A stretch of DNA of 64,000 nucleotides from the human T2T-CHM13v2.0 reference genome, Homo sapiens: assembly GCF_009914755.1 (NCBI RefSeq), contig NC_060928.1, one strand, 5' to 3'. Positions 43,745 to 59,222 of the stretch are shown in pieces (the first letter of the stretch is position 1; the number at the start of each line of letters is the position of its first letter). The notes under the pieces are model-generated. The model did no database searches. It was given only the letters and a program-made list of their open reading frames with translations, and was not told where the DNA came from. Position numbers and translations under genes: made by a program.

Positions 43745-45365
43745 TTGTAGACCCACCCTGACACAACATGTGATGCCTATGTACTTGGAAGCATTCTTCT
43801 AAGCGTTTTGATGATGGATTGCTTCTAAGAAGCACTCTGTAGCTATCACTTTGCAAAATAACCTCTTTTATCTTTCCTGTAAGTCAGGTAGCACAGATTA
43901 TTGGCCCCATTTCCACAGAGAGAAACTTGGAAGCATTCAGCCTTCCCAATCAGGTCATGGAACTCTGTACTTCCATTTTCTCCATCTGAAAAAGTGAAAA
44001 GTATCATCACTGCTTTTCTTCCCAAGCCTGAGATTGAGCAATAAGTACAGAGCATTGCCCTTTCCTAACTGCTATTCCCAAACTGTTCCATCCCAGGCAG
44101 CTCTAAAGACCAATTCATATTTGCAGGACTTCCTATTTCATGGACATCAGAAATAAAGCCTTCAACATAAACAAAATTGGCAGCTAGCCACGTATTTCAT
44201 CAATGTAACTGCCAAATTACATGGAGTAAAAAATCAATTCTAGCAAAACCAATAATAATCGAATCAGTTCTTTTCCTTCATGCCCAGACACAATGCAATT
44301 TTTAAAACACAGACATTAATGTGCCCAACATGCCTACTACAATAACCTCTGTGACACCAATCTAGCACTTGGGAATGAGTGCAGATAAGCTATAGATACA
44401 AACAACTGTGAACTGTCAGCTTTACAACATTCTATTCACATGGATTTCAAAAGCCAAGAAATTATACAAGAAAGCATGACAGTTTGTGAATCTCAAAAGC
44501 ACATAGCCTCCTAGTTGCTAAGGCTATCCAACCTGATTCTAGAGAGGATCCAAAAACCATGCCATATTTGAAGACAGCTGAGAATTGCCAGAGAAAAGCT
44601 ATTTTTCTAGGAAAGAAAATCCACTATTTTCTATAGACACAAGAGCTTGGTAGAATATGATTATTGGAGGTTGTGTGCAATACCTCTGTGAAAACTCAGG
44701 TCAGGGACCACAACTTTGCATCCACAGATGAGAAAGGCATCCAATTTAAAAATTGAATTGGGTAGCAGCTCTCAATAAGTATCATCTGAGAGTGAGTGAA
44801 TAAGGGATATGAGACTAAAATGATAGATTATACCTAAAAAAAAAATCAGGGACTAGGCAAATAAGTTAATAAAAATGAAAATTAAATTCTGATCTGATAT
44901 ATTAGTAATTTTTAATTCAATGCATCTTATTGCTTCCAGTTGTAAAATCATAACTGAGAGATGTGAAGAATGGGTTCATATCATTTATGGCACATAGATT
45001 TTTGTTCATTAATATGCATAGCTAAAATAGCGGGCATATGAGCTACCATACTCCTCAAAATGTTAGTGAAAGTATTATAACTTAAGCATTAAATATACCA
45101 AACAGGTCATTTTTTATAGTTACTTTAGTAATCAACTAGAGTTGCATATATTCAGATATATTTCTAGCTAAAGATCTGAATATGTGACAAGGTCTATTAA
45201 TCATAATTGTTCTAGTGTCACTTAACATAAATGAATTTTAAAATAAAACCTTGTGAGAATCAGTGATCCAAAACTAAAATCATCATGAAAACCTAAAACT
45301 CCTGTAACTAAAGGAATAAAATCTTCACAGTATCATGTCGCTGCCTATGAATCTGGAAGATCTTG

Positions 45366-45380
45366 AGTGCCCTCTACAGG
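45366..45380 (-). promoter_or_regulatory. CTCF core-like motif CCTGTAGAGGGCACT
   Basis: Fits the CTCF core pattern CCNSYAGRKGGCRS in unique AT-rich DNA; occupancy unknown. Confidence 0.4.
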
Positions 45381-46864
45381 ATATTTAAATAACTTTGATG
45401 TTTATTTTTCCCAAACAGGCAATTTCTAGAACGTAAAAATAACGTATCAGGTTTTATTTTTTAAATGATTACATATTCACCACGTAAAATTTTTGAAAGA
45501 AAAAATCATCCATAATATTATCATTCATAGATAACCACTATTAACTCTTTCCATATATAATCTTTGTTATATGTACACACACACATACATTTTTATTATA
45601 TTTTTCTCTTAACAACATACCATAAACATTTTGCCATCACTGATTTTGGCAGGTTGAGGATTTTTTTTAGATTTTAATGGATTTTCCAAAAATGTGCTTT
45701 ATTGACAAATCACTATTTCTCATCAGAATTTCTCAGTGAAAAGTGACCCCCACACCAAAATAAAAAAAAAAAAAGGAAAGAAGGTGAATTTAAATAAAAC
45801 AAAACAAAACTCAGTAACCACTCAAGGGTGGGTTCATAACCAATAAAATCAGGATACACATGACTCTTCAAACCAAAAATACCATAGAGATATTCTGAAT
45901 AGTTTCCCACATTGAGGATATAAGGTGGTCTTAGAAATTAAATTAGGTAAATAAGACTGTTATCCAAACTATCAAATCTGGGGTTTCAGGCCAAGAATAA
46001 CACTGTTAGTGCAGTAAGGTTAAAGTAGTAGTACATTTAAGTTAGCTAGATAAGTGCCTCTGTTTCTATTTTACTTGTCCATGATCTTATTATCCTTAAA
46101 GGTAGTTTACACTTCAGAAAATAAAGGCATATTTGACACACTAAGTGCCTGTCAAAATCAGAGGTGACTCCCTTTTCTACACTAGGCCTGATTTTGTTTT
46201 TTATTTTTTAAAATAAAGCAATGATGCACATCTTTAAGGATGCCAAATAGATTAGGCATTCTTAACACTCAATTTGAAAACAATCTTTAAAAACATTATG
46301 ATACTGACACACTAGTTTAGCTTCTTTGCACATGGGGTTAATTCCTTTTCATTTGTCCTAGTGAACGCTGTCATTACACTTTCCGGAGAATATTAACACG
46401 AAAGACTTTGCCTACAACCAAACAAATGTTTCAAAGTGGAAAGAGGTTTCAATCTTCCTTTTTAACCAGAGCAGAAATTACTGGCAGAGGCAACATCCTA
46501 TCATAATAATGCCATGACCTCATCTGAGACTAGTTGAACAGCAAGATCCTCTCTATTCCATGATAACAATAATAAGTCAAGGTTGTCTGAATTTTGAAAG
46601 AGATTTCTCACAAACTTTGCAAGGAGTACATGTTTTATTTGGTTACAGTACTGTGAAACTCATCTTTTTGAGAAGGTTGTACCCAGATCTCAGTGGAAAT
46701 TAAGAACAAGAGTAAACAGTCACAATTTATTTTCATTTCTCACCTGAGATTATTTTAAGAAGGGAGGTGCCGAGAATTGAGATGTTTATTACATGTATAG
46801 ACGATGCAACAGGATTTCAAGACTGTAAAAGATTTGACCACAGGTATCTAAGAGAAATCTACTC

Positions 46865-47675
46865 TGTGATTATTAAAATAAATTGAAAACTCTGAACTGC
46901 TTTTACTCACAACATTTCTGACACCAAATGTTTGGGTTTGCCTCACACCAACCAATTCTCCTACTCTCTGGACACCAAGTGGATCTCTTACAATTCAATT
47001 CTGATTCTAACACTCAAGAGTTAGACTCCAGAGTCAGACTCCACAGGTTTAATGCCTCGGTCCCAGAAGACTGCATTCACTTCTGATGCCATTCACAAGC
47101 ATTGGGTTCCCGGGTTACCCACAACTCTGTCCTACTTAGCTTCAAATCAGGGGCTCCCACAAACCTCCCTCTAGGTTTGACAATTTGCCGGAATGTCTCA
47201 CAGAACTCAGGAAAACAGTCTACTTACTACTACTGGTTTATACAACTCAGGAGCAGCCAGATGAAAGAGACACATAGGGCAAAGAATGGCAGGGAGTTGT
47301 GGGGGTGCAAAGCTTTCATGCCCTCTCCAGGCATGCCACCCTCCCAGCACCTTGATGTGTTCACCAGCCTGGAAGGTCTTTGAACATTAGTGGGTTTTAT
47401 GGAAGTTTCATCACATAGGCATGATGGATTATTAACTCAATCTACAGCTTTTCTCTGCTCTCTGGAGGTTGAGGTGGGGACTGTGAAAGTTTCAGGCTTC
47501 TAATCTGGGTATGGTCTTTTTGACAACCAGCCCCCATCCTGAAGCCATCTAGATGCTCACCAGAATCACTGCATTAAAATGAGAGATGCTGCTGTCACCC
47601 AAGAAATTCCAAGATATTTAAGAGCTCTGTGTCAGGAATGAGGGACAAAATCACATATATATTTATTATGCCACA
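46865..47675 (-). mobile_element. MER21-family solo LTR
   Basis: tgtga...ccaca termini, 811 bp; motifs ctgacaccaaatg, tcacagaactcaggaaaaca, ccaccctcccagcacct, ccaagaaattccaag. Confidence 0.8.
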
Positions 47676-48299
47676 GAAATAGATGACTAAGGATTTTTTT
47701 CTGAGACATAAAATATTCTCCCCTTTGACTATGAAGACAAATAAAATGTAGAGGCTACAAGCTGTTTGTTTTGAGATTTTATTGATAACAAGCACATCAA
47801 TACAGACAATAAGATTTTTAGCATTTGCAGGTGTGATTATCCTTTACTTCACTGTGTATTGGGGCCATTGAGTAACCGTCACTGTGATCTTTGGCTAGCA
47901 ATGTACCTAAAACATATGTACCTACATAAATTAATGCAATATAGCTCCATTAGCATGTATAAAGGAAAGCAGACCTTGTGAGTGGGAGGATATTATCATG
48001 AGCCTACAGACATTAGTACACCACATGGCTATTTGTGTTTATAGAATGAAATACATCATTCCATTGTCCAAGAAGGAAGGAAAAAAAAATTCAACAGACA
48101 CTTAAGCTGATGAAATTGAAGCATTCTGGGCAATATAGTAACCCCACATTCTGTAAAAGGAGAATCAGTAATCTATGGAAGCAGCTTGATGTTTCTAAAA
48201 ATAAGTCTAACAGACCTTACTTTCTTATCTGATAGGCTGCAAAATCAATCAAGAAAAATATGAGAAACATAGAGATATAGACGAAAGGCTAAACAATTA

Positions 48300-48520
48300 G
48301 GAAAATATTAAATGGATAAATGATGGTGTCACCCCACAAAGTGCTGATTAAAGACCTGATTCATCCTACAGGAATATTACCAGGGAAATCTTACAGGGCT
48401 CTGTCTTTGTCTCTGCCAGTCCACATTTGTCTCAATCAAGGGAATAATGATAAAAGGCATGTTTTTCAAATTTGCAGATAACATGAAACTAAGAGGTTGA
48501 GCAAATCAGCATCCAGAAAC
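48300..48520 (+). mobile_element. L3/CR1 LINE RT relic
   Basis: cagggctctgtc (QGSV) and ttcaaatttgcagataacatgaaact (KFADxxKL) are CR1 RT motifs. Confidence 0.55.
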
Positions 48521-48527
48521 AAAAATA

Positions 48528-48860
<333 letters not shown>

Positions 48861-50332
48861 TTAGATAAAATTATCAAACTGGCTCGATACAATTAAATGG
48901 GAACAATATTAGTTCTTATGTGTGAGTCCAAAAGAAAGTAAAAACCATTTGATTGTGGAAAAAGCGAATTTGAACTTGTGCTGCTTTAATGGAAGACCAG
49001 TGACTAGACTTTGCTAGCCAGTCACTCCAAGAATGTCATGACTTGGGCAGGCATGGGGGGATCTCATCCACATGGGACCAGAAAAATGGTAGAGGAGGTC
49101 AGAACAGGGTTGTATAGAGGCTTAACCCCAGCTGAATAGCCCAGATGGATGCCTATCACATGCAGTTCAACCTGGCAGGCAATTTCATCTTGAGAAATTA
49201 CAGGTAGACAGCCAATTTAAAAGTCAGGAAGGGCCACAATCAGGGTCAGGAGATCTAATGGTGGCAGCAGAATTTCTATCAGTGGGAAATTTAAGAGGAG
49301 TTGGACATATTCCAAATAAATAAAGCTCGGAAGGAGATCTTGGCCGTTGCACTAGAGTCCCATTGGTGTCAAAGGTTCAGCCATATAGCCAACACGCATT
49401 ATAGGCAAAGTGTCTACATCTACAAATTAATCAAGGGTCTTAAACGGATTATTGGCTCCAAAATACATAAAGAATATTACAATATTAAAATTAGTATAAC
49501 ATGTTAACAAATAAGCTGCAATTAAATGTTTTATAGTGATATGTAAATTATGTTTAACATGGAATGTGAATACATTTTAATGTATTTGATATAATGCCTG
49601 GAGTCTAAATGCCTTTAAATGGGTATGGTCTAGTGTAGACAAGGATTAATAGACTAGGCAGTGTAAACAGTCAGATATGAAGAAACCGGGCTCTAGAAAA
49701 GTCACTCTGGGAATTTACATATTGTCCAAACATAGAAAATGCCAGGGTCGAAATGGAGTAGGGAGAAGCCTGAGTATCCTGACCTTGCTTTAGGTGTGTT
49801 AGGTCCTAGATCTGGTTGGAAGTAATGGGGCTTTCCAGAGGATGCTAAAGAAATCAGAAAACATGGTTGGATTCTATGATCGCAAATCTGGGGATACGTC
49901 CAAATCTGCTGCTGCTTAATTCTTATGTCAATCAAGAGTGGCTCCATAACAAGGGCAGAATTAACCTTGGGGACAGGTCTGTGCAATAGAGAAAGAAGAC
50001 AGATAACCCAAAAAGTGGTAAAAGAAACAAGGTAGACATGACTACCCCTAAGTTTAGGGCTGCATACTTCATGGGACATGTAAGCAAACTGGAAACTGTG
50101 AGCAGAAAAAAGTTCCTAAGACTGAGCATACCCTGGGAAGGACCAGAGCCTGGAGAATAAAAGAAAGGGAGCATGAAAAGTGTTCTCAAAGATGGGAGGT
50201 GTTATTATGTTAAAAAAAGAAAAAAAGGATTGGGTTTGTTTTCTGTTAACACAGAGGTGGGCAAGGATGTCATGGTGGATACTCTCCAAGAAGATGAATT
50301 TTTACTTATGATAGAACATGTTTTCTAATGAT

Positions 50333-50790
50333 TATTATCAGAAACACACTCACCCATCCAAACCCAAAGAATGGACTTAGAGGTATGAAGAACAGTGAAA
50401 GTGAGACTTTTTAATAATGGCTTTGCAAGATTGGGTGTTTGGTGGGCAGGCACACTTGGGGAAGTCACATCAAGTAATTTATCTCTTACACAAAGTTCCT
50501 CCCCCAGTTCCTCATTGGTTGAGTACTGTGGGGTTACAATTTTCCTGGACATCACCTAAGTTTCATTATCCCCTTATAAGGTTATCCCCATCCCCTTCCC
50601 TGCTTAAGATTTGATTTCTCAATAACAAAACTGTCTTCCCTTTTATGGGCTGACCCTTCCTCTGCATTCTGTTCTCTTATTGTGACCTTCTAGGTGCATG
50701 AGCTGTAAGGTTTGTTTCATTTGCAAGCGGGCTGCCAGTGCTTAGATTTATCATGCCTTGAAAATGGACCGTTGAAAATGTTCTCTCACA
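50333..50790 (-). mobile_element. ERVL solo LTR, LTR47-like
   Basis: Antisense of tgtgagagaacattttcaacggtccattttcaaggcatgataaatctaagcactggcagc...; ~460 bp; possible TSD atgat/attat. Confidence 0.65.
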
Positions 50791-52240
50791 ATTATCTAAA
50801 AACCTAATTAACTACCGAGCAGACTCAGAAAGTAGTAATATGGCTATCTGTAAGCAGTGGATGACCATTCAAACAGTGGGTTATCAGGAATCAAACATTA
50901 AATGGGTTGTTGCATTTTGCCTTTAACTGTGAGAATGTTTTAAAAATCTGGCTTCCATAGTTTATTTGCTGCTTCTTGGGGTGTCATGGAGATACAAAGT
51001 TCCATGAGAAAGGAACCCAAAGTAGCCTTTTGAATAATTGTTATGCACATCTGGAGCCACTGGAAAAATTAAACCCAGTTGACTCTCTTATCTGAAGCTA
51101 AGATGCACAATTCCAAATATCCAATAACTCTGTAGTGTAAAGCAATCTACATTGCTACAACAGCAGAGCTCTTGATAAATTCCTAATATGTCTCCTCTCA
51201 TGTGGGAAGAGTAAGAGGAATTAGGGAGTGGTAGACCACTATGCTTATTTCAGTAGGTTATTTTCTAACAATAGTTGAAATGCTGATTTTGAGTGTCATT
51301 TAGGATACTTTAATTAGGTGCAACTGATGTAAACAGGAAGGAAACATACTGGCTCCTGTAAGGACCAGGTACTCTCCACTCAACATTCATGTTTGCAAAC
51401 AGCTAAAAGAGAAAAAGAAATTTACCTTTCCTCCGACTATTGAAGAAAAGTTCTAGGTTTCTTTGGGACTGGATCAACTTGGATCACATGCCTATTGCCA
51501 AGCAACTAATTTGGCCAGGGGACTGCTATGAGATAATTGTTTTAGACCTGGATTGTTGCCTAACCCTGAGCCATTCACCATATTTTAATGATTGGCCTAA
51601 GCCAATCAAGATCCACACCATGAAATTTGAGATTGGGTTACAACTGCTCCACAACAGGACATAAACTTATTTCTGCCCACCCATGGATTAGAAGCTTAAA
51701 TGTCTGCATTATCTGAAACACATTTACGTACAAGACTAGACCATCCCCCTAGCTCTATTAAGCACAGTGGGGAGTAATTTTTATTTTCAAATTAGAAAAT
51801 GCATCCAAAATAGAGTGTTTCAAGTACCAAAAGAATACTAACATCCCAGATACTTCTACAATTGTACTAACTCCATGCATCTTTATCCATTGACATCAAC
51901 TTAATTTTATCTGTACTTTCTTCACCACTAAGAAATCCCCAGGGGCTGAAAGGAAATTTCAAGAGTTCCTGTATAGTTATTGTTGCTAGGAAACAACATC
52001 CTTGGTATCCAAGTGTTCAGCTCTGAGATACTGTGTGAAGTCACTGGTTCATAAAAGAAAACCTTTGGTAAAATAGGTTGTTTAGGTGTGAGTAAATTGA
52101 TGTTCTCACTCTGTGGCAAAATGTTCTTGTGTAACCTTTGAAATAATAGTGTATTTCAAAGCCAGTATTCTTTCCTTTGGATCTAACTGCCATTATTGCT
52201 CCCATGAAAACTCAAGCTTCTACTTGGAGAGGAGTAAGCT

Positions 52241-52582
<342 letters not shown>

Positions 52583-53685
52583 TTACCTCTGCCTTGAACA
52601 CTAAGCCTAATGGGTTTTAGTTAAACAAAGTGCGTGTGAGCTTGGAAATAAAGACCCAGACCACTGACTGGATAAATTGTTGAATATTATTAAAATCTCT
52701 ATTGATCAGTAGTCATAGTCCAGCTTTTTTATTTTGTGTAGTATTGACATGCTCTGCTGCTCTTCAGAAGCGGGAGATAATGTGAGGTGCTGTTTTGACT
52801 CACCCTTCTCCCCACCTCAACTGCAAGCGGCAAACCATCACTGACTCTCAGCTAACTGGTGCTTATATGTTTCTCACCTAGGATCTTATAATTCAAAGAC
52901 CAGCTTGAGGTTGTAGTCCATCACTTCTGTCACTTAGTTAACTCAGTAAGCCTAAAATTAATACACAGATTTTTGCATTTCCTTGGTGCCCAGACTTACC
53001 TGTAAGGCCTCTGTGAAGGTGTCCTTCATCAGGGAGTAAATTAGGCTCAAGAATATACCAAATAGGTCCCTCTATCAGATTACCAGTTTGGGACCATAAA
53101 CTCAAAACTCTAAGCAGCAAACAATATTAACTTATTTATTCAAAAATATGTATTGAAACTTTACTATAGACAGAATCTGTTCTAGGCATCGGGAATTTTT
53201 TAAATGAATGAAAGAAGGCCCTTTTCTTCAAAGAGCTTATAATATAATGAGGAATAGAGAAGACAAAGGGTAGAGATAAACACAAAGCTATAGAAACAGT
53301 TGAAATATTCTGCATGGTATGTTCAGTACTACGTAACTGACAGGATCCTATCTGGGAGGCAGAAACCACTCAAGATTTTTCAAAAAGGGAATTTAATATT
53401 TAATAGAGACTTTGTTACAAAGATTGGAAGGGCTAAAAAAAAAAAACGCAGAAAGGAGAAGGAGAAGAGTGCTAAACGGGCAGATGTCAGAGGCTGCTAA
53501 CATGCTTGCAGTAGAGCACAAGTTTGAATCTGATGTGATCCTGTGAGAGGCACTGTCCTAGTTGTTTATGGAATTGCCAAAAGAGAGGTGACTTCTTCAA
53601 TTGCCCTGGCAGCAGTCGCCAGAAACTGAGGCACTACCATGCTGCAAGAGCCAGGAACAGGAAGCTTCTTTCTCCCTTCCACCTT

Positions 53686-53986
53686 TTTTTTTTTTTTTTT
53701 TTGAGATGGAGTCTCGCTCAGTCACCAGGCTGAATGAAGTGCAATGACACAATCTCGGCTCACTGCAACCTCTGCCTCCCAGGTTTAAGCAATTCTCCTG
53801 CCTCAGCCTCCTGAGTAGCTGGGACTACAGGTGTGCACCACCACGCCCAGCTAATTTTTGTATTTTTAGTAGAGACAGGGTTTCACCATGTTGGCCAGGA
53901 TGGTCTTCATCTGTTGACCTCATAGATCTGCCCGCCTTGGCCTCCCAAAGTGTTGGGATTACAGGCGTGAGCCACCGTGCCCAGCC
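53686..53986 (-). mobile_element. AluSc-like
   Basis: Full antisense dimer; perfect 15-bp TSD tctcccttccacctt at 53671-53685 and 53987-54001. Confidence 0.95.
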
Positions 53987-56500
53987 TCTCCCTTCCACCT
54001 TCTAATCTTCAGCTAGCTCTTCCTAGGGGAAGTATCTAACATGAAGCCAGAGAGGCAGGAAGCCCAGCCCCAGCAGTACAGAGTAGAGCACAGAAAGTGG
54101 AGTATGCAGCATAGAAATATCAAGTGAATGACTGGCATGGGTTACAACAGAGGTTTTAATGAAAAGCTCTGGTAATCACAATGCTGGAGCAAATAGTTCT
54201 TCCCTAGAAGAGAAAGAAGGTATGTCAATCCAGTGTCTGTTGCAGACAGCAGAAGTCCATCTAGCTAGTTTAGTATGTATGCTAACCTCCTTTGAGAAAG
54301 CTAACTACATCTCCCAGATTCTCTTGAAACTGAGGTTGTGGCTATAATTTAGTTTTCTGGATTAGATGGAGTCAAGTCATGTCAGAGGTAGTGTTTGAAG
54401 CATCCGTTTTGCTGGTGCAGATCATAACTCATGGATGGCTCTGGAACCAAGAATTCTGGTTTTAGCTTTCTGTGATCCTGGAATCAATGTGGTTGCTGTA
54501 GCTACTTGATTAACAGCTTTCTGATTGTGGCAATCGGTCCCTTTGAAAGGCCAATCTGCACTGTGGTTCTGGGAGTCATTGCTAGTGGCTCAGCCTGGAA
54601 TCTACTACTTCAGTGTTTTGACTGCAAGCAAAAATGATGAGAATCAGTCCTTGACCTCAAGAAGCTCAGAGCCTAGTGGGGGAAAGACAGATAAGCCAGG
54701 TAAAATTCAACATGGTTCTGTGCTTTTTTCGAGGCGTGTGTATAGTGGAGTTTATAAAAGTCAATTAGGAGCAGAAAGGACTGTGACCAGTGGCCATAGG
54801 AGTCTACCTACAGCTCTCCCTACACTCAATCCTGGCTACCTAATTACCTTACTCTTCTTGGCCCAGTTTTTTCTTTGCATACTGAAATTGTTGAGGATTT
54901 TGTGGTGTTCGTATGGATTCAACTTTGCCAAAGTTCAGTTTTCTTGCTAAAATTGAGTTGCTTATTGAGTAAATTTCATGAAGTAAATCACAATATTCCA
55001 TTGACATCATCCAACCTTTATATTATTCCCTGTATACAGTATTCATCCTATATGTTACTTCTTCTGCCAGGCAGGCCTGCTCTACCCATCTGGCCAAATC
55101 CTCTAAGAAGTTTAACTCCCTTGGGTCAATAGTTTGCTTAGACTGCTATTAGACCATGAGATCCTGAAAAGTAAGGCCACACCTAACCCACTGCATATCC
55201 TTCATGCCTAGGATAGTGTTTGATGCATAGCAGGCACTACAAGTAGGTGTATTGCAACGTCAAGTATATTTTCCATTGATTTGCTTGCCAGTTTAGAGAA
55301 TTAGGTATGTTTGATGCCATCCCTAAGAACTAGGTATTGTTCTGTGCTTCATCAGGGATCCTGATGGATATCTAGAAAGATAAGAGACTGAATCCAGAGA
55401 AGTTGTCTGTGGCAGAGAAGAGTCAGCAAAGACCTCATGTTAGAGTGCTCAGGAGGGGAAAGTAAGCACGCCAGCATCACTGATGGGTGACTCTAAAGCT
55501 AACATGGAAGCTGTGTTCTGTCAGCCCTGTTTTTACTGCCTACTTGAAAATGGGCCACCCAGGATCACAAACTAATGACAGGCATAATGAAGTCAAAAGC
55601 TATAGGCAAATCCAGACTTCAATTGGGACAAGAGCAAAGGTTCCTATTCAGGCTTTGATCTATAAATAGTATTTCTCTCCACAGAGTCTCTAGATACTGG
55701 TTTACAACTCCCTCCTTAACAAATACCCATTGTAATTATTCTATGTTTCTAACTAAAAGCAAAACCATGTGCAGTCTAGCTCAGAAGAGGATAGTCATTC
55801 ATTTGTGAAGTGTGAGGCACTTAACGAGAACCTGACTGAATGAAAGGCCACCCCAGCCCCATATAAAGGTTAGCAAAGGATATTTAGATATGCTACTAAA
55901 ATCCATGCCTAGATAAGTCAGACAAGAAGACAGCTTTAAATTTGGACTGTATTGCCTTGTCTCCTTAAAGGATTTTTAAAAACTAAATTGTACTTATTTT
56001 GATTCCATCTATCTTTATGAAAAAGTTCGCCTTTCACACCATCTTCCTGAATGGATTTTGCTGAGGCATTTTTCATCACATTAAAAAAAAAAAGTCCATG
56101 GGAGAAATTTCTCTCAGGCTTGGCATCAGCACTTCCCCTTCTTCCAAGCCAATTGGTTTGTTTTTATCTCATGGGCATGGTGAATTCTTTAACTTATCTG
56201 ATTTTTGTGTTACTTGATAGAAAAGCAATTTTTTTGTCTCTGAGAAGAGGCAGGTCCGGGTGGTGCTGGCAGTTCATTTCCTCCTCCCTGGAAGTGAGCA
56301 GACTCAGCAGATCTGAGTTAAGTAGACAGACATAGAAGCTGGTCTCAGCTGCTGAGTTCCTAAGGCTACCCCCTGCAATCCTATAAAAATGTGAAATGTA
56401 CAGCATTGCAAGGCAAGGTTCAGTGCACCCAGGCTACCTGATGAGCCTAAACCATGGGATAATGAGAATTTGGGAAACAACTGGTGATCCACTACCTCCC

Positions 56501-56888
56501 TGTATTAGTTTGTTCTCACACTGCTATAAAGAACTACCTGAGAGTAGGTAATTTATGAAGAAAAGAGGTTTAATTGACTCACAGTTCCACAGGCTATACA
56601 AAGGCTTGGAGGCCTCAGGAAACTTACAATCATGGCAGAAGGTGAAGGGGTAGCAAGCATGTCTTACCATGGTGCAGCAGAAGAAAGCGAGAGAGAGCAA
56701 AGGGGGAAGTGCCACACACACATTTTTAAACCATCAGATCACATTCGAACTCATTCGCTAACACGAGAACAGCAAGGGGAAAATCCACACCCATAATCCA
56801 ATCACCTCTCACCAGGCCCCTCCTCCCACACGTGGTGATTACAATTCGAGATGAGATTTGGGTGGAGACACAGAGCCAAACCATATCA
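56501..56888 (-). mobile_element. MSTA-like MaLR solo LTR
   Basis: tgtattagtttgttctcacactgctataaagaactacc...ccaaaccatatca; perfect 5-bp TSD ctccc. Confidence 0.9.
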
Positions 56889-57398
56889 CTCCCTGCTCAT
56901 AAAATTCTTTCTTAATAAACCCCATTCTAGATCTTCTGGAGGTGTGTATTTGAAATCTCATTGCCCACATGTAGAAAATACATAGGATGCCAAGATTTCC
57001 TTCTTTGTAATTTAATTTTTTGACTGTTAATTTACTCACATGATTCAAAACTCAAAATACATTAAAAGTTTAGAGTGAAAATTTCCCTTTCATCCTTATC
57101 ATCCATCTTCCTAGTCCCCCCAAAAGAAATTGTTATTACCTTGTTATCTGTCCCTCCAGAGTTTTTTCATACACCTACAAGTATATGCAAATATGTTTCT
57201 GTTTTTCCCAGATTTTTCCCTCATATATTAGCATGTTGCAACATTATTGTTCTGAACTTTGATTTTTTTAATTGAAAGTGGATTTTTGAGATTTTTAATA
57301 TTATATATAAGAAATTCCTTGTTCTTCTTTATGGCTTTATAATAGTGCATTAATGTGCTATAATTTATAATTTAGTTAACCACTCTTCTGTCGGAGGA

Positions 57399-57774
57399 TG
57401 TATTAGTCTGTTTTCACGCTGCTGATACACACCCGAGACTGGGCAATTTACAAAAGAAAGATGTTTAACTGGACTTACAGTTCCACCTGGCCAGGAAAGC
57501 CTCACAACCATGGCAGAAGGCAAGGAGGAGCAAGTCATATCTTACATGGATGGCAGCAGGTGAAGAGAGAGAGAATGAGAGCCAAGGGAAATGAGTTTCC
57601 CCTTATCAAACCATCAGATCTCGTGAGACTTACTCACTATCAGGAGAACAGTATGGGGGAAACTACCCCCATTATTCAATTATCTCCCACCAGGTCCCTC
57701 CCACAACATGAAGCAATTATGGGAGTACAAATCAAGATGAGATTTGGGTGGGAACACAGAGCCAAACCATATCA
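57399..57774 (-). mobile_element. THE1 (THE1C-like) solo LTR
   Basis: tgtattagtctgttttcacgctgctgata...gccaaaccatatca; TSD gagga/gggga. Confidence 0.9.
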
Positions 57775-58866
57775 GGGGACATTTATTTGTTTCAAATATT
57801 TTGCTATTACAACAGTATTTTAATGAATAATCCTGTATGCACATTCTTCACAATTGTGCAATTCACACAAATTTCTAGAAGGAAATTTCTAGAAATTTCT
57901 TTAATGATTAATTTCTAGAAATTTTTATAGTTATATTCTCTAGACAGATCTACAGTTTATTTAAGATTTACAATAGTTCATGGCATGAAAGAGTGGTCCA
58001 AACTACTTTTTCCAGTAATTCCTAAGCAATGATTTCTTAAAATAGGAGTTGCTTGGTGAAAGGGTATATACATTAATACTTTCGATAGCTGAAGCAAACT
58101 GCATTCCATTTGGGTTATAACAAATTATATCCTCATCAGCAACATGAGAGTAGCTGCATCCCCACGTGCTCAGCAAAATATGTTATCACTTTGTGGATTT
58201 TTTCCAAGTTATAAGGCAAAAAGGAGTATCTTGATACAGTTTTAATTTTAATTTGAGTTTCTCTGATTATAATTGAGTTTAGGCATTTTTATTTTTCAAT
58301 GAACTCTCTGTTCATATCCTTTTACTATATTCTCATTAAGGTTTTTGTCTTTGTCTTTTTTGTTGTTTGTAGAAGTTTTTTATATATTAAGAACATTAAC
58401 CCTTGTCTTAAATATGAACTGCAATTATTTTTTGTCTCTTATTTACTTTTGATTCTGTTTATAGATTTTTGTTGCCACACTTTTTTAATGTAGCTGAATG
58501 TGTTAATTTTTTATGACTTATGAATTATTTGTTAGAGTTAGAAAGGCCTCATCCATGCCAGTAGTATAAAATAATTCTCCCATGTTTTCTTGCAGTATAA
58601 GCATGGTCATATTTTCTAGATAGATCTACAATTTATTTGAGATTTACAATAGTTTATGACATGAAATAGGGGTCCAAACTGCTGTTTCAAGTAATTTCTC
58701 AGCCAGCATGATTTCTTAAGCTATCTTTTCCCCAATAATTTGAGGCACCACTTTTATCATATTCTAAATTTTCCTATGTATTTGGCACTAGTTCTGAATT
58801 TTTTATTGTTACCCATTGATCTTTCTTTCAGTTCCAGCACTGGGATCACACTGTTGTAAGTATTGA

Positions 58867-59222
<356 letters not shown>

